Shown here: positions 13,004 to 25,415 of the stretch, in pieces
How positions within the stretch are numbered: position 1 is the first letter of the stretch
How the letters are laid out: each line of letters opens with the position of its first letter
DNA from: Patellaria atrata CBS 101060
Lineage: Eukaryota
Assembly (NCBI GenBank): GCA_010093705.1
Contig: MU006096.1
Span: 235,558-299,557 of the forward strand
Direction: 5' to 3'
DNA length: 64,000 nucleotides
The notes under the pieces: model-generated
Seen by the model: only the letters and a program-made list of their open reading frames with translations
Told to the model about the DNA's origin: nothing
Databases searched by the model: none
Made by a program: the position numbers and the translations under genes

Positions 13004-15680
13004 CTACCACTCATCCTCCCAAACACACCATGCTCCTGTAGTAATTGCGCCAGGAATACTGTTGAATAGCTGCACATTGTAATGCTCATCTGTTCCCGAT
13101 GCGGTTCCAGAAAGCCTCTCGAGTACAAGCCATATGTCGTGATGTTGTAACATGGCGGGATCGAGATCAAAATCCATAATGCGCACGCCGTTCTCAGGGT
13201 CAGCGTACTCTCCTTGATTTGATGTGGCCAGGATTCTCTTTCCTGCGCGGCGCCCTAATTGCAATGACATTCGCAATGGGCTTCGAGTCCTAACCTCATC
13301 GTCTTGTACGCTATCATCAAACCAAAGGGGTCTACTAGCATATTTAAATTTCGCAACGAGGTTCGTCCGAACTATTCGCTTAGGTATGATAGGAGCAGCC
13401 ACCCGATTCGCACCCGGACCGATGTGAGCACCTGGGATCTCCATAAGACTACGTCCTGCGCCTTCTCTTGGAATTGGCTCCAAAGTGACTTCGGAGGTGG
13501 CATCAACCATGAGCGAAAATTCGGCTTCTCTGTTCGCCTGGAACGTGTTGCAGATAACGGTATATTTCCCTGCAGGGAGAAATGCATTGAGTTCTGCGTA
13601 AGCACTCCCGTGTCGGTGTTCCCCAGAGTCGGTAATAATATCAATGCGTCTCACGGCGTAGACTCTCTCACCTTTGCCGTGTAGGAGCTTAAAGTGAACG
13701 GGGAGACTGTCTACAGAAGTCTGCAGCAGCAAAGCCATATCTGCCCGTTCCCTCAAGACAAGGCGAAATTGCGGATTCTGGGAATATATCGGGCTATCCG
13801 GATTTCCCCCGGCTGTAGCAGTTGTCGAGGCCCAGGCACCCGTTATACGCGTGCGGAATGGGTATTTTTGGGTCGCATGCGAAAGACTACTTGGTGATTC
13901 GGAAAATGCGCTAAGTGTGAAGTTTCGTGACCTACTCTCGAGGTCTTCCCCAGAGACAACTACGGTGTAGAGAGATGAGCTCGGCGGATTAAATCGCAGC
14001 AGAGTTTGCCCGCAATTGACGTGGGGGACACGCTGCAACGAAGGTTCCCTAAGATAGACGCGGCGCCCTTGAGTATCGAATACATAAAGACTAATGAGTC
14101 CAAAGGTATCCCCTCTAACAGATAAATCAGTTCCGGTAGCCTGATCTCCAGTATGAAAGCAAATGGCATCCTCGAAGTGACAACACAAGAGTAACCACGT
14201 GGCTTCCCCAGCCTTACCAAATATAGAGAACTGGGGGTTATCTACGAAAGCTGTGTTGCTAAAATCCTTTGATACACGCCAGGCGAAATGTATATCTTCC
14301 CGAAATCGAAAGAGGCCAGGGTTCCAGTTAACGTAGAGGGATTCAAAAAGCTGGAATGCTTCGTTCATAGTGACCCAAAAGGTTCCCTGGGGGGCCTTTT
14401 CAACGAGTTGATCTGAATCCTTTGGAGATGATTTGTGGGTATCTGTGAATTCAAGGCTCGAGGGGATTTTTGTGCTGCGCGATGAAGTTCCCGCTGCCCA
14501 CGGGTTTTTGAGAAGAAGGTACTTCTGGTGGTCCGTCTCTTTCATATCTAGAACGGCATAGTCATGTTCACTTTCTAACCCATTTAGCTCTTCTGTATGA
14601 CGGTCCATTTTGCCTGTTCCGATAGTAATCATTACATCCCCATACCGGAAACTATTATAAAGTGACTTCCACACGTCACGCGCATTTGGGTCTCTCCTAC
14701 GGATGAGATTAATTACGTTTCAAGCGAGCATGGAACATAAACTGTTACCATTGAAGGAGTATTTGCTCCGGGATCCAACCGGTCAACACCCAAAGGTCGG
14801 TTGCGGAATTGCTCCCTGGGAAATCATAACCTCCTCGGACTTTCAAGTACGCCTTCTCAAGCAATGCCGGCCATAGTAGGGCCGGGTTATTTCGATCAAT
14901 TACGTGGAGGATCTTGTCCGTTTTAGACACGGGAAGTTTGTCGTCAATTACGACTTTCCGGTAACAACCGTTAAAATTAAGTCGGACAACGTACTTCCCA
15001 TTAAGCGACGTAATGGGGCTCTTTGTATGTTTGTTATGAGGGAAGAAACCTAAGGAAAGGATCTAAAAATTAAGAAGGTCCAACGATAGAAAGTAACTCA
15101 CCTACCCTTGGATGGCCCCTTTCCACGCGAGCACTTTCTGCACAAAGACTTGCCACGACCGAGCAGTCGGACGCCGCGTCTTGGACAAGGTCAGTTGGTA
15201 CCGTCGAATCCATGATGGGGCTCATAACGGTGTCCATGCTAGAGCGCATTGAGGGTGGAGGAAGTGCGTCTGCTGGTCGTTTCCAGCCATCCAAAATCGC
15301 GCACTGTTGATCGGATAGATGCAGTTCATGATGATCACTACAATAGACGGACGTAAGTCAGTATGTCATATAACTGAATGACAGGTAACAAACCAGAAAA
15401 GGTCTTCTCCTTTTTTTAACAAGAAGTCATCGTCACTCGGGACGCTTTTCCAAGGCGGAAATTTACACCCATTCAGTTTTGAACCCTTAAGAAGCAGGAT
15501 TTCCTCCGCCGTCGATAGTAAACGGCTGTTAGAAGGTTCTCGTAATCGCTTGATTTTACCCAAGATTGGTGTTCCCTGACAAATCAATTAGTGAAGCATC
15601 AGTGAGAGGGAACTGTGTAGCTCGACATTGATCTCCTTTTGCAGGTCTCTCATGTGAATTGTATCTGGCGCTGACGCCAT
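13004..15680 (-). CDS. palB: Calpain-like protease PalB/Rim13, multi-exon; 5' end uncertain
   Basis: Catalytic triad motifs QDAASDCSVVASL, EHDYAVL and LLKNPW; ALLEKAYLKVRGGYDFPGSN; C-terminal domain with YSQNPQF. Confidence 0.88.
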
Positions 15681-16492
15681 GGAGTTCTTTGGTAGCGGAT
15701 TTAGAGAATTACAATCTGTCATTGAAGTATTACAGTAGATGGGAGTGCTGGGCTCTTATGCTGAAAGGTTACAATTGTGCGTAGATGCGTTGCAATGTTG
15801 TTATTTCTTTTTCGTTCAGACACAGTTCCATCAAAGACATTCGGGAATAGATTTAGTTCTACGGTACTTTACTTAAGAAGTGTCTCTGGGCTATGCTGAG
15901 CAGGATTGAGCTTCACTTAGATAGTTTACTGAAGGCAAAGATCAGCATTCGGTATGTTGAAAATTCTCTGCGAGTCTTTAGTCTCAGTATCGAGGAGGAC
16001 GGAAGAGTCCTGTTGTAGGTCGAAGTTGAGATTATACTTTCTAGTTCATAAGTACTTGGTGGTGGCACCGGGCGGCTCATTCGGGTCATCTGTGGCGTCT
16101 ATAGCGAATCTAATCTAATCTTAGTATCAAATCCAATCGCTCATAATAAGTTCGCTTCTAGATCATGACGCCGATGTGCCTCGGTCCCCCGGATTCATAT
16201 AGCCATGATCACAACTCCGCTATCGTCTCACCTACAAACTTCCCGTCCTCCTATCAAATCCCACGAGATATCTTTCATATTCTCTGCCTTTGTTTCCAGT
16301 CACGTATTATTGTCTTCTTTAACATCATTCTTTTGCGCTCGAACTAAAACTATTCTTGCTCCCTTGCTTTATCTTCTTTTCGGCCATGCAAAGTTGAAGT
16401 CTTCCAATCAATCCCTCTTTCTCCGTATTCTCCCTGCCCTTACCCCCCTCTTGCTCGCCTAGTGGGGTATTGAAACTCTCAATATAAATTTT

Positions 16493-17676
16493 ATGGCAGG
16501 CCAATCAAAAGAAGCAGCACTACCACCATGGGGCAATGCAGTTGCTGGTGCTGCTGGAGCTGTACTGGCGAATGCCCTAGTATATCCCCTTGACATGTAA
16601 GCTATACAACACGAGTTTAAAGTTCAGGTGTATCAGAAACTCGAGATATACCCCTTGTCTTTCTAGACACAATTACTTATACGCTGTTCCTGTACTGATC
16701 GAAGATAACATAGCGTTAAAACCCGTCTTCAGGTACAGATGAAGCGCGATCCCAACGCCGTAGATTTGAATCCAGCCGACGGACAGCACTACACTTCCAC
16801 AATCGATGCTATATCCAAGATCGTGCAAAATGACGGCGTAAAGGGGCTCTATGCTGGAATGCCTGGCGCACTTATCGGTGTCGCCTCGACGAACTTTGCG
16901 TACTTCTACTGGTACACCGTTGTGCGGACGTTCTATCTGTCATATCAAAAGCTCCCTAAGCCACCGAGCACCACTGTGGAGTTATCACTTGGAGCTGTTG
17001 CTGGTGCTATTGCCCAGCTTTTTACGATCCCAATAGCTGTTGTGACAACGAGGCAACAGACCCAATCTAAGCTGGAGAGGAAAGGTATGCTTGAAACCGC
17101 AAAGGATGTGGTTAATAGCGAAGACGGTTGGACTGGATTATGGAGAGGGATGAAAGCTAGCTTGGTATTGGTCGTGAATCCAGCCATCACATATGGAGCA
17201 TACCAACGATTAAGAGAATATCTGTTCCCTGGAAAGCAGAATCTGAAACCTTGGGAAGCATTCTGTAAGATTTCTATACCCATACGTACTATCGAGGTGA
17301 CTAAAAGACTGTAGTTCTCGGTGCATGTTCAAAAGCCCTAGCGACAATCGCAACCCAGCCTCTCATTGTTGCTAAAGTTGGCCTCCAGTCAAAACCACCA
17401 CCCGCACGTAACGGCAAGCCCTTCAAAACCTTCGTTGAGGTGATGCAGTTCATTGTTGAACACGAAGGTTTGCTTGGGCTATTCAAAGGCATTGGGCCGC
17501 AAATCATGAAAGGACTTCTTGTTCAGGGATTCCTAATGATGACGAAGGAGAGGGTAGAACTCATGTTCATCCTATTATTCCGCTATCTACGTCAATTACG
17601 CGCAGAAAAGCTGCAAAAGCTTGCGGACGTCGCAGCTGCGAAAGCAGCGCAAGCCCGACCCGTTTTGATCAAGTAA
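16493..17676 (+). CDS. ANT1: Peroxisomal adenine nucleotide carrier (mitochondrial carrier family); exons 16493-16596, 16714-17264, 17315-17676
   Basis: Carrier motifs YPLDIVKTRLQ, PIAVVTTRQQ and QPLIVAKVGLQ; STNFAYFYWY; LVLVVNPAITY; canonical introns. Confidence 0.87.
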
Positions 17677-18089
17677 GGGGATGCTGAATACATATTATCT
17701 AAGGAGGCAAAATTTCAATCTTCTTGTATATTCTTACGATTGCTATAGAGCACTTCATGTCAGATGGTGGAGGTGATTTATTGCATTTACACCATTTTTC
17801 AGTTTCAACTGTTTACATATAACAGTAGATAGGGGAGTTCGAATGGCAGGCGATGCGAGAATTGCAAATATCCGCAATTGATCTTATGCGAACCCATAAA
17901 GATGACTATACAACCTAGTAGAAGATCAAATAGGATAGAATCAATCTCAGAAAGTTGTCATGGCCCCCATCGCCAGTGTACTTGTAAACAACGCGCTATT
18001 CGTACAGCATCCTTGTGCATATCTCTCGTTTGTGTGCCCAGTTTCCCCTCGACATTCCAATTGCCGGTAATTCAGCTCAGGGAATCGCT

Positions 18090-18736
18090 CTACTTCTTCT
18101 TCGACGATGCGTCGAACTTCTCCTCCAATGTCCTCACATAATTTTCTATCCTCTGCACTGCAGCTTGTAATGCCTATAATGCACAGTTAGTCCAAGTATG
18201 ATCTCCCCGTACACCTACGCCCCAATAATTCCCCTTTCCACAACCGCCTTCCAGACACAAGTTCCAACACCGACGAATCAGTCAAGGAGAATAGATCGCA
18301 GACTTACGTAGATATCCGTCGTCAACAACTCATTCGACACCTTATACTCGTCCAGGACGTAATAGTACATGCCCGCGCCCGAAGCCACCGAGCCGAGCAA
18401 GAAACCGAAGATACTGCAAAGATCTCACATCAGCCATGACTCTAATCCTCACTCATACTCCCTCCACAAATCCGTTTATCCCATCTCCATACACCTGCAT
18501 CCCCAGTGCCAATTATCCCACGCTCTTGCTTCTTCTCCTCAACAAACAGGCATAAAAACTGATTGCAAAGAGAATCTAACTCACCCTCCCCTAAAAGCAC
18601 CCACGGGTTTCTTCACCGCCACCGGCGCTGCAGCCGCATCTCGCAGTATGCCGCTCGTCTGGAAGCTCCTGGTCTGGCGCGTGAGGGACGGTTGGACGGT
18701 TCGCCGGACGGCGGGAAGCAGGAAGCGGGATGCCAT
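18090..18736 (-). CDS. Small conserved fungal mitochondrial membrane protein, 3 exons
   Basis: Arg-rich presequence MASRFLLPAVRR; KKPVGAFRGG/IFGFLLGSV transmembrane segment; coiled-coil tail ending DASSKKK*. Confidence 0.8.
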
Positions 18737-19150
18737 CGTGCAGAGGTTCTTTCGTGAAGTGGACTGTAGGGTTCGATGGTGTATGGTTCGTGTGTTGTAG
18801 TTGAATTGGACGCGGGTTGAGATGGAGGTTAGGTTGAGGTGTGTTTTGGCGGTGGTGACGGGATCGGCAGCTGCAGCATGGAAGCTCTCCGCACGAGAAG
18901 CTCTGCTGGGTCCGGGATGGAGTGCTTGGCGTCTGTCAGAGGGATTCGACGTCACGTTAGTGGAGGAACTTGGAGGCTCTGGGATGATGGAGATAAAAGG
19001 AGGTAAGTAGCTTTATATCACGAGAGTACGGCTCGCCCGGTACCCTGTCATTATACTCCTATACCACCACCCTTACCCCCCTCCCCCCTCCCCAAAACGT
19101 GCCTCTCATCAGTCATCACTCCCCTCTCCAACCCAGTACCTGACCCTCTC

Positions 19151-19158
19151 CTATATAA
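19151..19158 (+). promoter_or_regulatory. TATA element upstream of putative Pol III unit
   Basis: CTATATAA about 30 nt upstream of the tRNA-like 5' end at 19186. Confidence 0.5.
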
Positions 19159-19185
19159 TCAACAGACAGCAAATACCTTTCTAAT

Positions 19186-19361
19186 TCCTCGATGGTCTAG
19201 TTGGTCCTTTCCTTCTGTCAAAGTCAATTTCGTATTTCCTTCAGTCAATGTTCGAGTCTCGTTAACACCAACCATTAAACCTCGGAAGATAAAAGATAAA
19301 CTGCCTCGGGGCGGGTTTACTTGGCCCTCTTCGGAGGGTGTTCTTTTTGTATTTTTTTTTT
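19186..19361 (+). ncRNA. Putative Pol III ncRNA with tRNA-Asp-like head and structured 3' domain (not a foldable tRNA)
   Basis: A box TGGTCTAGTTGG 19193-19204; B box GTTCGAGTC 19250-19258; hairpins 19297-19319 and C(UUCG)G 19324-19339; T5 at 19344-19348 and T10 at 19352-19361. Confidence 0.55.
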
Positions 19362-19657
19362 GCTGCTATTTAAACCAGTGCGTAGTTAATCTATATAGAG
19401 ATATCTTTATAGTGTTTACTACAAGGTGGATTGCTCATGACCAATTATACCCCTATGCTCCTCCCTACTTCAAGAGTTACTACGAAAACAAATCTAGATT
19501 TGCGGTAGCTGCACACGAAAATAAACCGTATCAAACATTTCTCACTCAATGATAGCTTAGCTATACGAATCGCGGATACAGACTCAAAATCTATTCATGG
19601 ATATATATACTATAAATACGGGTAGGCGTACAGTGGAACGACCTAGAAATACAAGCT

Positions 19658-21121
19658 TCAAGTGACCTTCGAAAACATATTCGACTTCGGATGTGCATGG
19701 TTAGGCGGCCTCGATGCTCCGCAAAGCCCGCAGCGACCGTAATCTCCAGCATTGATGTAGGAACCTCCCTGACATGCCAGGCTCTTACAGCGCCAGTTGT
19801 TCGGCATCTTAGCTGGGTTCAGCACATTTGAACAAGCTGCACATAACACCGTGTCAGGATCGTTGACGAGAGAACATACAGGACATATGTCGTTCGAGAT
19901 GGGAGGTTTAGAGCCTGGGAATTGTGCGGTCTTGTCTTGAGTTATATTGTCATGTGAGGCCATACGTCTGGATTTCGCGGACTTGGTCATGGCTGATCGG
20001 GGACGGGTATGCGAGATGGGCGCATTCGAGGACTTATTCCGACTGAGTCGCCGGGTTGACGCTGGCCTTGATGATTCAGAAGCGTCTGTTGTTTGATCCT
20101 CATCTAAGTCCATTAGTTTCTTGGGTTTCGACTGCAAACTTGGAGGATCTTCATGGTGTATGTAGTTAAACGAATATATCTCATCCATCTCGCGGTGAGC
20201 GTTCGTATCGTCGTCTTCACCCTCGCAGACTTTGACCAAGCCACGTCCTTTCCCGTCAGTCATTCTCTTCCCATCGATATCGATATCCGCTATCTGACTC
20301 GATCCTTCGTCATAGTCCGAGTCCGACTCGCTCTCCGACCGATCTTCCACCTTTACTTCCACTTTTTTCGCTTGGTCAAACCTCGCAAGCGCTGCCGCAG
20401 CCCTCAATTCCCTACCTCTCGCACTTCCAGCCACCCGAGGCTTCCCCTTAGACTTCTTCCCGTTCTCCAGTTTAGCCTTAATCTCTTCATCCGCCCCTAA
20501 AGCTGACCCACCAGCCCCAAACTTCTTCAGGATCCTCCTCTGCTGTCTTTCCGCATAACTCATCTTCTCCTTCTCCGCCTTCCTCTTCCTCTTCCCTCTC
20601 CCGCTCCGATACGTACCTCCACACAGTTGCTTCACCTCCCCTCCCGCAGCCGGCATCGTCTCCGTCTCATACCGTCCACTCAACAGCGACGTACCCCGTC
20701 CCCACATCCCCTCACCTATATACCTCCTCTCCCACAACTCTCTCAGCTCCGCCGCATACGCATCCCTAATCTTCCAAAACGCGCCCGAATGATTCATCTG
20801 CTTGCAATGCGCCAACTCATGCATCATAACCATCTGGACATGTTTAAACGGCAACCAAGCACCACCCGGCGCCTTCAAAACCAATTGGACGACCTCGCCC
20901 GCGTTGAAGTTCCGCCCCACGAACTCTCGGTTTGCGGGGAACTCCTCGAGCGCCATCACTGCGATGTGGTTTCGTTTCATGACGGGGTAGACGATGGCGG
21001 CGACGCGGTTGAGGAAGTCGAGGGCGAGGTCGTGGTCGATGCCTGGGAGCGGTTTGATGAAGTTTATCAGGGCGTTTGGGCGCTGCGTGCGCTCGTTGAT
21101 GCGTTCGAAGCCTAGAGGCAT
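19658..21121 (-). CDS. WLM-domain (Wss1-like) metalloprotease with C-terminal zinc fingers
   Basis: LEEF..N.EFVGRNFNAG; HELAH zinc motif; SHP-like FGAGGSALG; VIM-like RELRAAAALARF; C-terminal CxxC clusters. Confidence 0.9.
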   Translation of the reverse strand: MPLGFERINERTQRPNALINFIKPLPGIDHDLALDFLNRVAAIVYPVMKRNHIAVMALEEFPANREFVGRNFNAGEVVQLVLKAPGGAWLPFKHVQMVMMHELAHCKQMNHSGAFWKIRDAYAAELRELWERRYIGEGMWGRGTSLLSGRYETETMPAAGGEVKQLCGGTYRSGRGKRKRKAEKEKMSYAERQQRRILKKFGAGGSALGADEEIKAKLENGKKSKGKPRVAGSARGRELRAAAALARFDQAKKVEVKVEDRSESESDSDYDEGSSQIADIDIDGKRMTDGKGRGLVKVCEGEDDDTNAHREMDEIYSFNYIHHEDPPSLQSKPKKLMDLDEDQTTDASESSRPASTRRLSRNKSSNAPISHTRPRSAMTKSAKSRRMASHDNITQDKTAQFPGSKPPISNDICPVCSLVNDPDTVLCAACSNVLNPAKMPNNWRCKSLACQGGSYINAGDYGRCGLCGASRPPNHAHPKSNMFSKVT

Positions 21122-21605
21122 TGTGGCGAGTGGTTGGTGGTATTTGAGATCGTGGATATGGTGTTTCTGTGCAGAGCGTGCTTTTCAAGGATATGATAGT
21201 GCTGGAGCTGACCTCATTTCGTAAAGGATCCAAAGTGACTTGTAAGCCACCGTCATCGGTTATCTACATGTTGAATTGAAATAAGTATGGGAATGACCTC
21301 CGCGGGATAAGTGAATGGTGGTTCAAGCGGTGAAACCTCGGGTCTAATTTTAATACTACTCCAAACTTTCTTCCCCTTTTTCTATCCAACTATATATTTA
21401 TATAGTGGACTCCGCAAAAATCATATAGCAAGATGACCAGATATACGTAAACGATAAAAAGCGAAACCCGGACCATGGTTAAAGCTCAGGGTGCTACCCG
21501 AGGCAAAAGCTCTATATTCGCCAGTACGGCGTACATCGGCATCAAGACATCTATCTTCCTACCTAGTCTCTTTTATAGAAACGGGTTTTCTCTTGCCGGG
21601 TGCTA

Positions 21606-21705
21606 NNNNNNNNNNNNNNNNNNNNNNNNNNNNNNNNNNNNNNNNNNNNNNNNNNNNNNNNNNNNNNNNNNNNNNNNNNNNNNNNNNNNNNNNNNNNNNN
21701 NNNNN
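21606..21705. other. Assembly gap (100 N)
   Basis: Run of N followed by an A9 tract. Confidence 1.
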
Positions 21706-21942
21706 AAAAAAAAAGTTTAAAGACAAAGTCTCCTATCCTTTCTTTTGAGTTAAACGCCGCGAGGTAATTCCCAGCCTCGCATCTCAAGGTATCAAACCGT
21801 CCGTAAGTCAGTGCAACCGCCTATGCTCCCCGTCCCCTGAAAAATGCACTACCCCCCTACCCGTGCCAGCCTGTTCTTCATATGTACGTGTACTTACCAA
21901 CGACATCCATCGTGACATTACAATCATCTCTTCGTGAATTTT

Positions 21943-23486
21943 TCATCTGATATCTAGCTGGAAGGGTTTAAACTTTCCTCCTATCGCCCCACACCTTGGA
22001 CAGCGCGCGATACGGCCTCTTGTCTGCTCGCTCACTAAAACGTCAACACAGTCCTGACATAATCCGCATATGCATTCAGTACATGCATAACTTTCTTTAA
22101 GCGCGGATAAGCGGCGACATGCTGCGCAGTATATTTGTACGGCATGGGAATAGTTGGGGGAACTGTCGGCTAGACCCTGTGACGTCATATGGAAGTTATG
22201 TCCGGATTGGGAAGATTCGATGGACGATTCGACGGATGGGAAAGGTTGCATATCTGATGCTTCGGGAGGTGGTGGGGTGAGTGTATTTTGCAAAGGTGAT
22301 GCGGTATATGATTGGAAATGTGAGGCAGCAAAAGGAGGAAGCGAGGCCCTGTTAGCGGGATTCGGGGATAAACCACGAGGTGAGCCGGGAACCTAAATCA
22401 AAATGTAAACATACTGAACTAAAAAAGAGATTAGGGGGCAACTGACGGGTGTCAGGTCTCTACTATCTTCCTCCGTGGCCGATGCAGCTGCATCTATCAG
22501 ATCCTCCCACCTCTTCCCCCACAGAGCTGCGGCATTTTGAGGCTCCGCAGAAAACGCTTTCCGATCGTGGCTTAATCTCTTGACGTGATCTTTTGATTTT
22601 GTGCGTTCATGTTTTGGTTTACGAGCATTTTGAGAGACAGACGATTTGCGGGGTCTTGAAGGTTTTATAGATCGAGGTACAGGGGGAAGAGTAGAAGAAC
22701 GGCCGGGAGGAGACCTGGTCAAGGATGAAGGGAGTAGTTCTCGGGGTCTTGAAGTATTTGGAACTGGGTATTGATCATCAATTCCTAATTGATTATCGAT
22801 AGCAAAGTGAGCTCTCGGACGGCTGTTTTGCGCTTCAGCTTCGGAGTAAGCTTCCTGAGCAGCAATTCCAGTCAGTAGACTTATTTCCGACAGATTACTG
22901 AGGTAATTGACCTGTTCTGAGTCCCATTCCTCCGGTCGATGGTTGTGCAGTTGGGCTAATGCGGCAGCAGCACTAGCCTTGGGCATCAGAGAACCTCGAC
23001 GAAGCTCGTCAGAGGATCGTCCCACATACTCTTCGGTGTAATAGCTATTAATATCGCCACTCGGTCCATACCCTACGGCCCAATCGGTTTCGGAGCTCAT
23101 GCTACCCGGGCCGAGGAAAAGGCCGGACGGAGCTGGTGGTGCTGATGTAGCTGGGGGTTGGGGAGGAGGTTGAGGCCGTTCGGAAGGGGGAGTATTCACC
23201 ATTAGCGCAAAGCTCTCTTCGGTAGCCGGAAGCTTTGCGATATAATGTTCGGGATGTGCTCTACGAATATGCTCCTGCATGGAGCGATATCGCTTCTCCT
23301 AAGGTCCGGAATGAGTCGTCAGCATTGACCTTGGGTGTGTACAGGAATGGTAGGGAAGATGTGGCAACTTACACCAAGACAGCGCTTCCGACAGCTTGTA
23401 CCATCTTGATTTCTCAGAGGACATACAACCTCGTTGTTTGCGTCGGAGACTGAGAAAGAGCTTGTGAGAGAAGAACGTGGCGGCAT
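21943..23486 (-). CDS. Conserved fungal regulator-like protein with N-terminal zinc-finger-like and C-terminal RING-like domains, multi-exon
   Basis: MPPRSSLTSSF..VVCPLRNQDGTSCRKRCLG/EKRYRSMQEHIRRAHPEHY; WEDLIDAAASATE; C-terminal CAAC..CTECICGLCQDC..CPRC. Confidence 0.8.
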
Positions 23487-25415
23487 CCCAAGCTGCATGT
23501 ACCCAGACGAGCTCGAGCGGGAGAAGGGAGGGGTAAAAGACAAGCTTCTGGTAGAAAGCGGGTGCAAGCAGAATGGTCAATTGTAAAATAATCGGAAGCA
23601 TTAAAGTTATGCAGATCGAAGGGCAAGCTTATTGCGACGCAAATCAAGCTTGTCGAGGAGCTGTTTGGGGAGTATGACAAAAGGGAGATGTGTTTGTGGT
23701 GTTGAGTGAGGGGCTGAACTGGGAATTGGGGGTGATGGAAGCGGGGGGATTGGTGGGTGAATGCGATGGCTTTGATTTGATAAAGCTGAGCTTGATAGCT
23801 GCTTTGGGCCACTACAGCGGGACTCGTAACCAATTCTGCAGACCTTTTCCCCCTAGAGCTCACCAAGCTGCGGAACAATGAATGAAGCTTGTAATAGAGA
23901 AAGCTAGATGTGTCAAAACCAGCATTCCAGGGGCACTCCTTGAAGTCTCCAAAAGAGCTCCTGGAACTGGACAGCTGAACAACCAAATGCCACCATCTAC
24001 TCTAAGATGACCCCGGGGGGGAGGGGAAGGGGGAAGGGCAAGGGCAAAAGCGAAACCAACACTGTGGCCATAACGGAGTATGGTTGGCTCAAAGCTGTAA
24101 CAAAGCATTATTACCTTTTGTCTCCCTTTTTAAGGTACCAATTGTAGCTAAAAGGTCCGCCCATCACCGATTCCACTTGCCCATAGTCTGCTGGCGACGT
24201 CCAATACCACATGGAAATACGTTTGGTACTAGCGAGAAGGCAATGTATCAAAGATCTGAAAAGGCCATGGGTACTGTACAAGCTGCTTATCAGTATGAGT
24301 GCATCCTTTAACGGAGTAGTATACGTCGTACTACTCCAAGCAGCACCATACATAGCAGGTCTGAAGAAGCCGTAAGGTGAGGTAGAATGGAAGAAGAGGT
24401 CGTCACACGGACGAGTGTACTCCTCAGTTCCACGACAAGCCGAATTCCGTCAATAGACGTCACGCAAGCTTATCGTTAAGAGGGCCAGAAGGGCCCAGAC
24501 AGGCAAGTTGCCCCCGTTATAGTGCTCTATCTCTTACCTTGGAGTGTAAAGATGATGGCAACTTCGGCAAGTTTCGTTCCCTAACTGATGAACTTTTCGC
24601 CTTGTTTGAGCCGAAGAGAACAGGCCTAGGTGTCTGCTTTCGTTCCTAAAGGCTCTGATCGGCAAATCAGAGGAGATATATATATAACTTTAACGAGTGG
24701 AACGGGCCCCAACGGGCAGTTGACGAGCCTTTTGCCGATGTTGACTCCTTAATAACGAACGAGGACTCATCACTATTACTGAACAGTCTGGAGTATAAGG
24801 TCTTAATGTCTTGATAGGACCTGTACGTCAATGTAGGCTAACCTTGGGATCAGATGGAAAACTATCTTGTAAGCTCGTCTCTTCATCTTAAGGTATGTTC
24901 TATTTACCTTTTTAGCAGGAAGAGACTATTACGGTATACGCTCGTGAAAATTCCTTTGTGTGAATTCAATTTTAGAATTACCGGGGCTGTTCGCCATGTC
25001 TTGCTGCAAATTCAGGGACGCGATATCAAGGGCCGCATCCCCTTTCCAGGCTTCCCAGCCCTTTGGTGTCTTAGGGGTTCCTCGGCACCCTTTTTCTCGC
25101 TCAATCTTGCCGTATGAACCCCCTTGACCCCGAATTTCATGCGCCTAAACTGGTGGCGCTCTGTGGTCTTCATCGACTTTCCTTTTCTCCATCCATTGCA
25201 CCCATTTCACCCTTGACACCCAAGAACAAAGCAACTTTAACCCCCCTCTATCTTGCCCTTTCGCGGCCTCTTAGCGCAAGCTGACGATTAATCATGACTT
25301 ACGGGAGTACAAAAGATAGCCGGAAACATGTTTCGCGGCTCCCCGACGATCTGAACGTCTCTCTTCAACACCCGAAGCGGTTCAATCGAGCATTCAGCTG
25401 TGCTGTTGACAGTTC

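Noticed and set aside
19186..19270. Functional tRNA-Asp(GTC)
   Set aside because: Acceptor, D, anticodon and T stems do not pair; only the promoter boxes remain.
21475..21787. ORFs spanning the N run
   Set aside because: Artefacts of the assembly gap.
24550..24675. Ribozyme or snoRNA suggested by CTGATGA, a repeated TTTCGTTCC and a small hairpin
   Set aside because: No hammerhead core (CTGATGA plus GAAA with flanking helices) could be built on one strand; likely promoter sequence.
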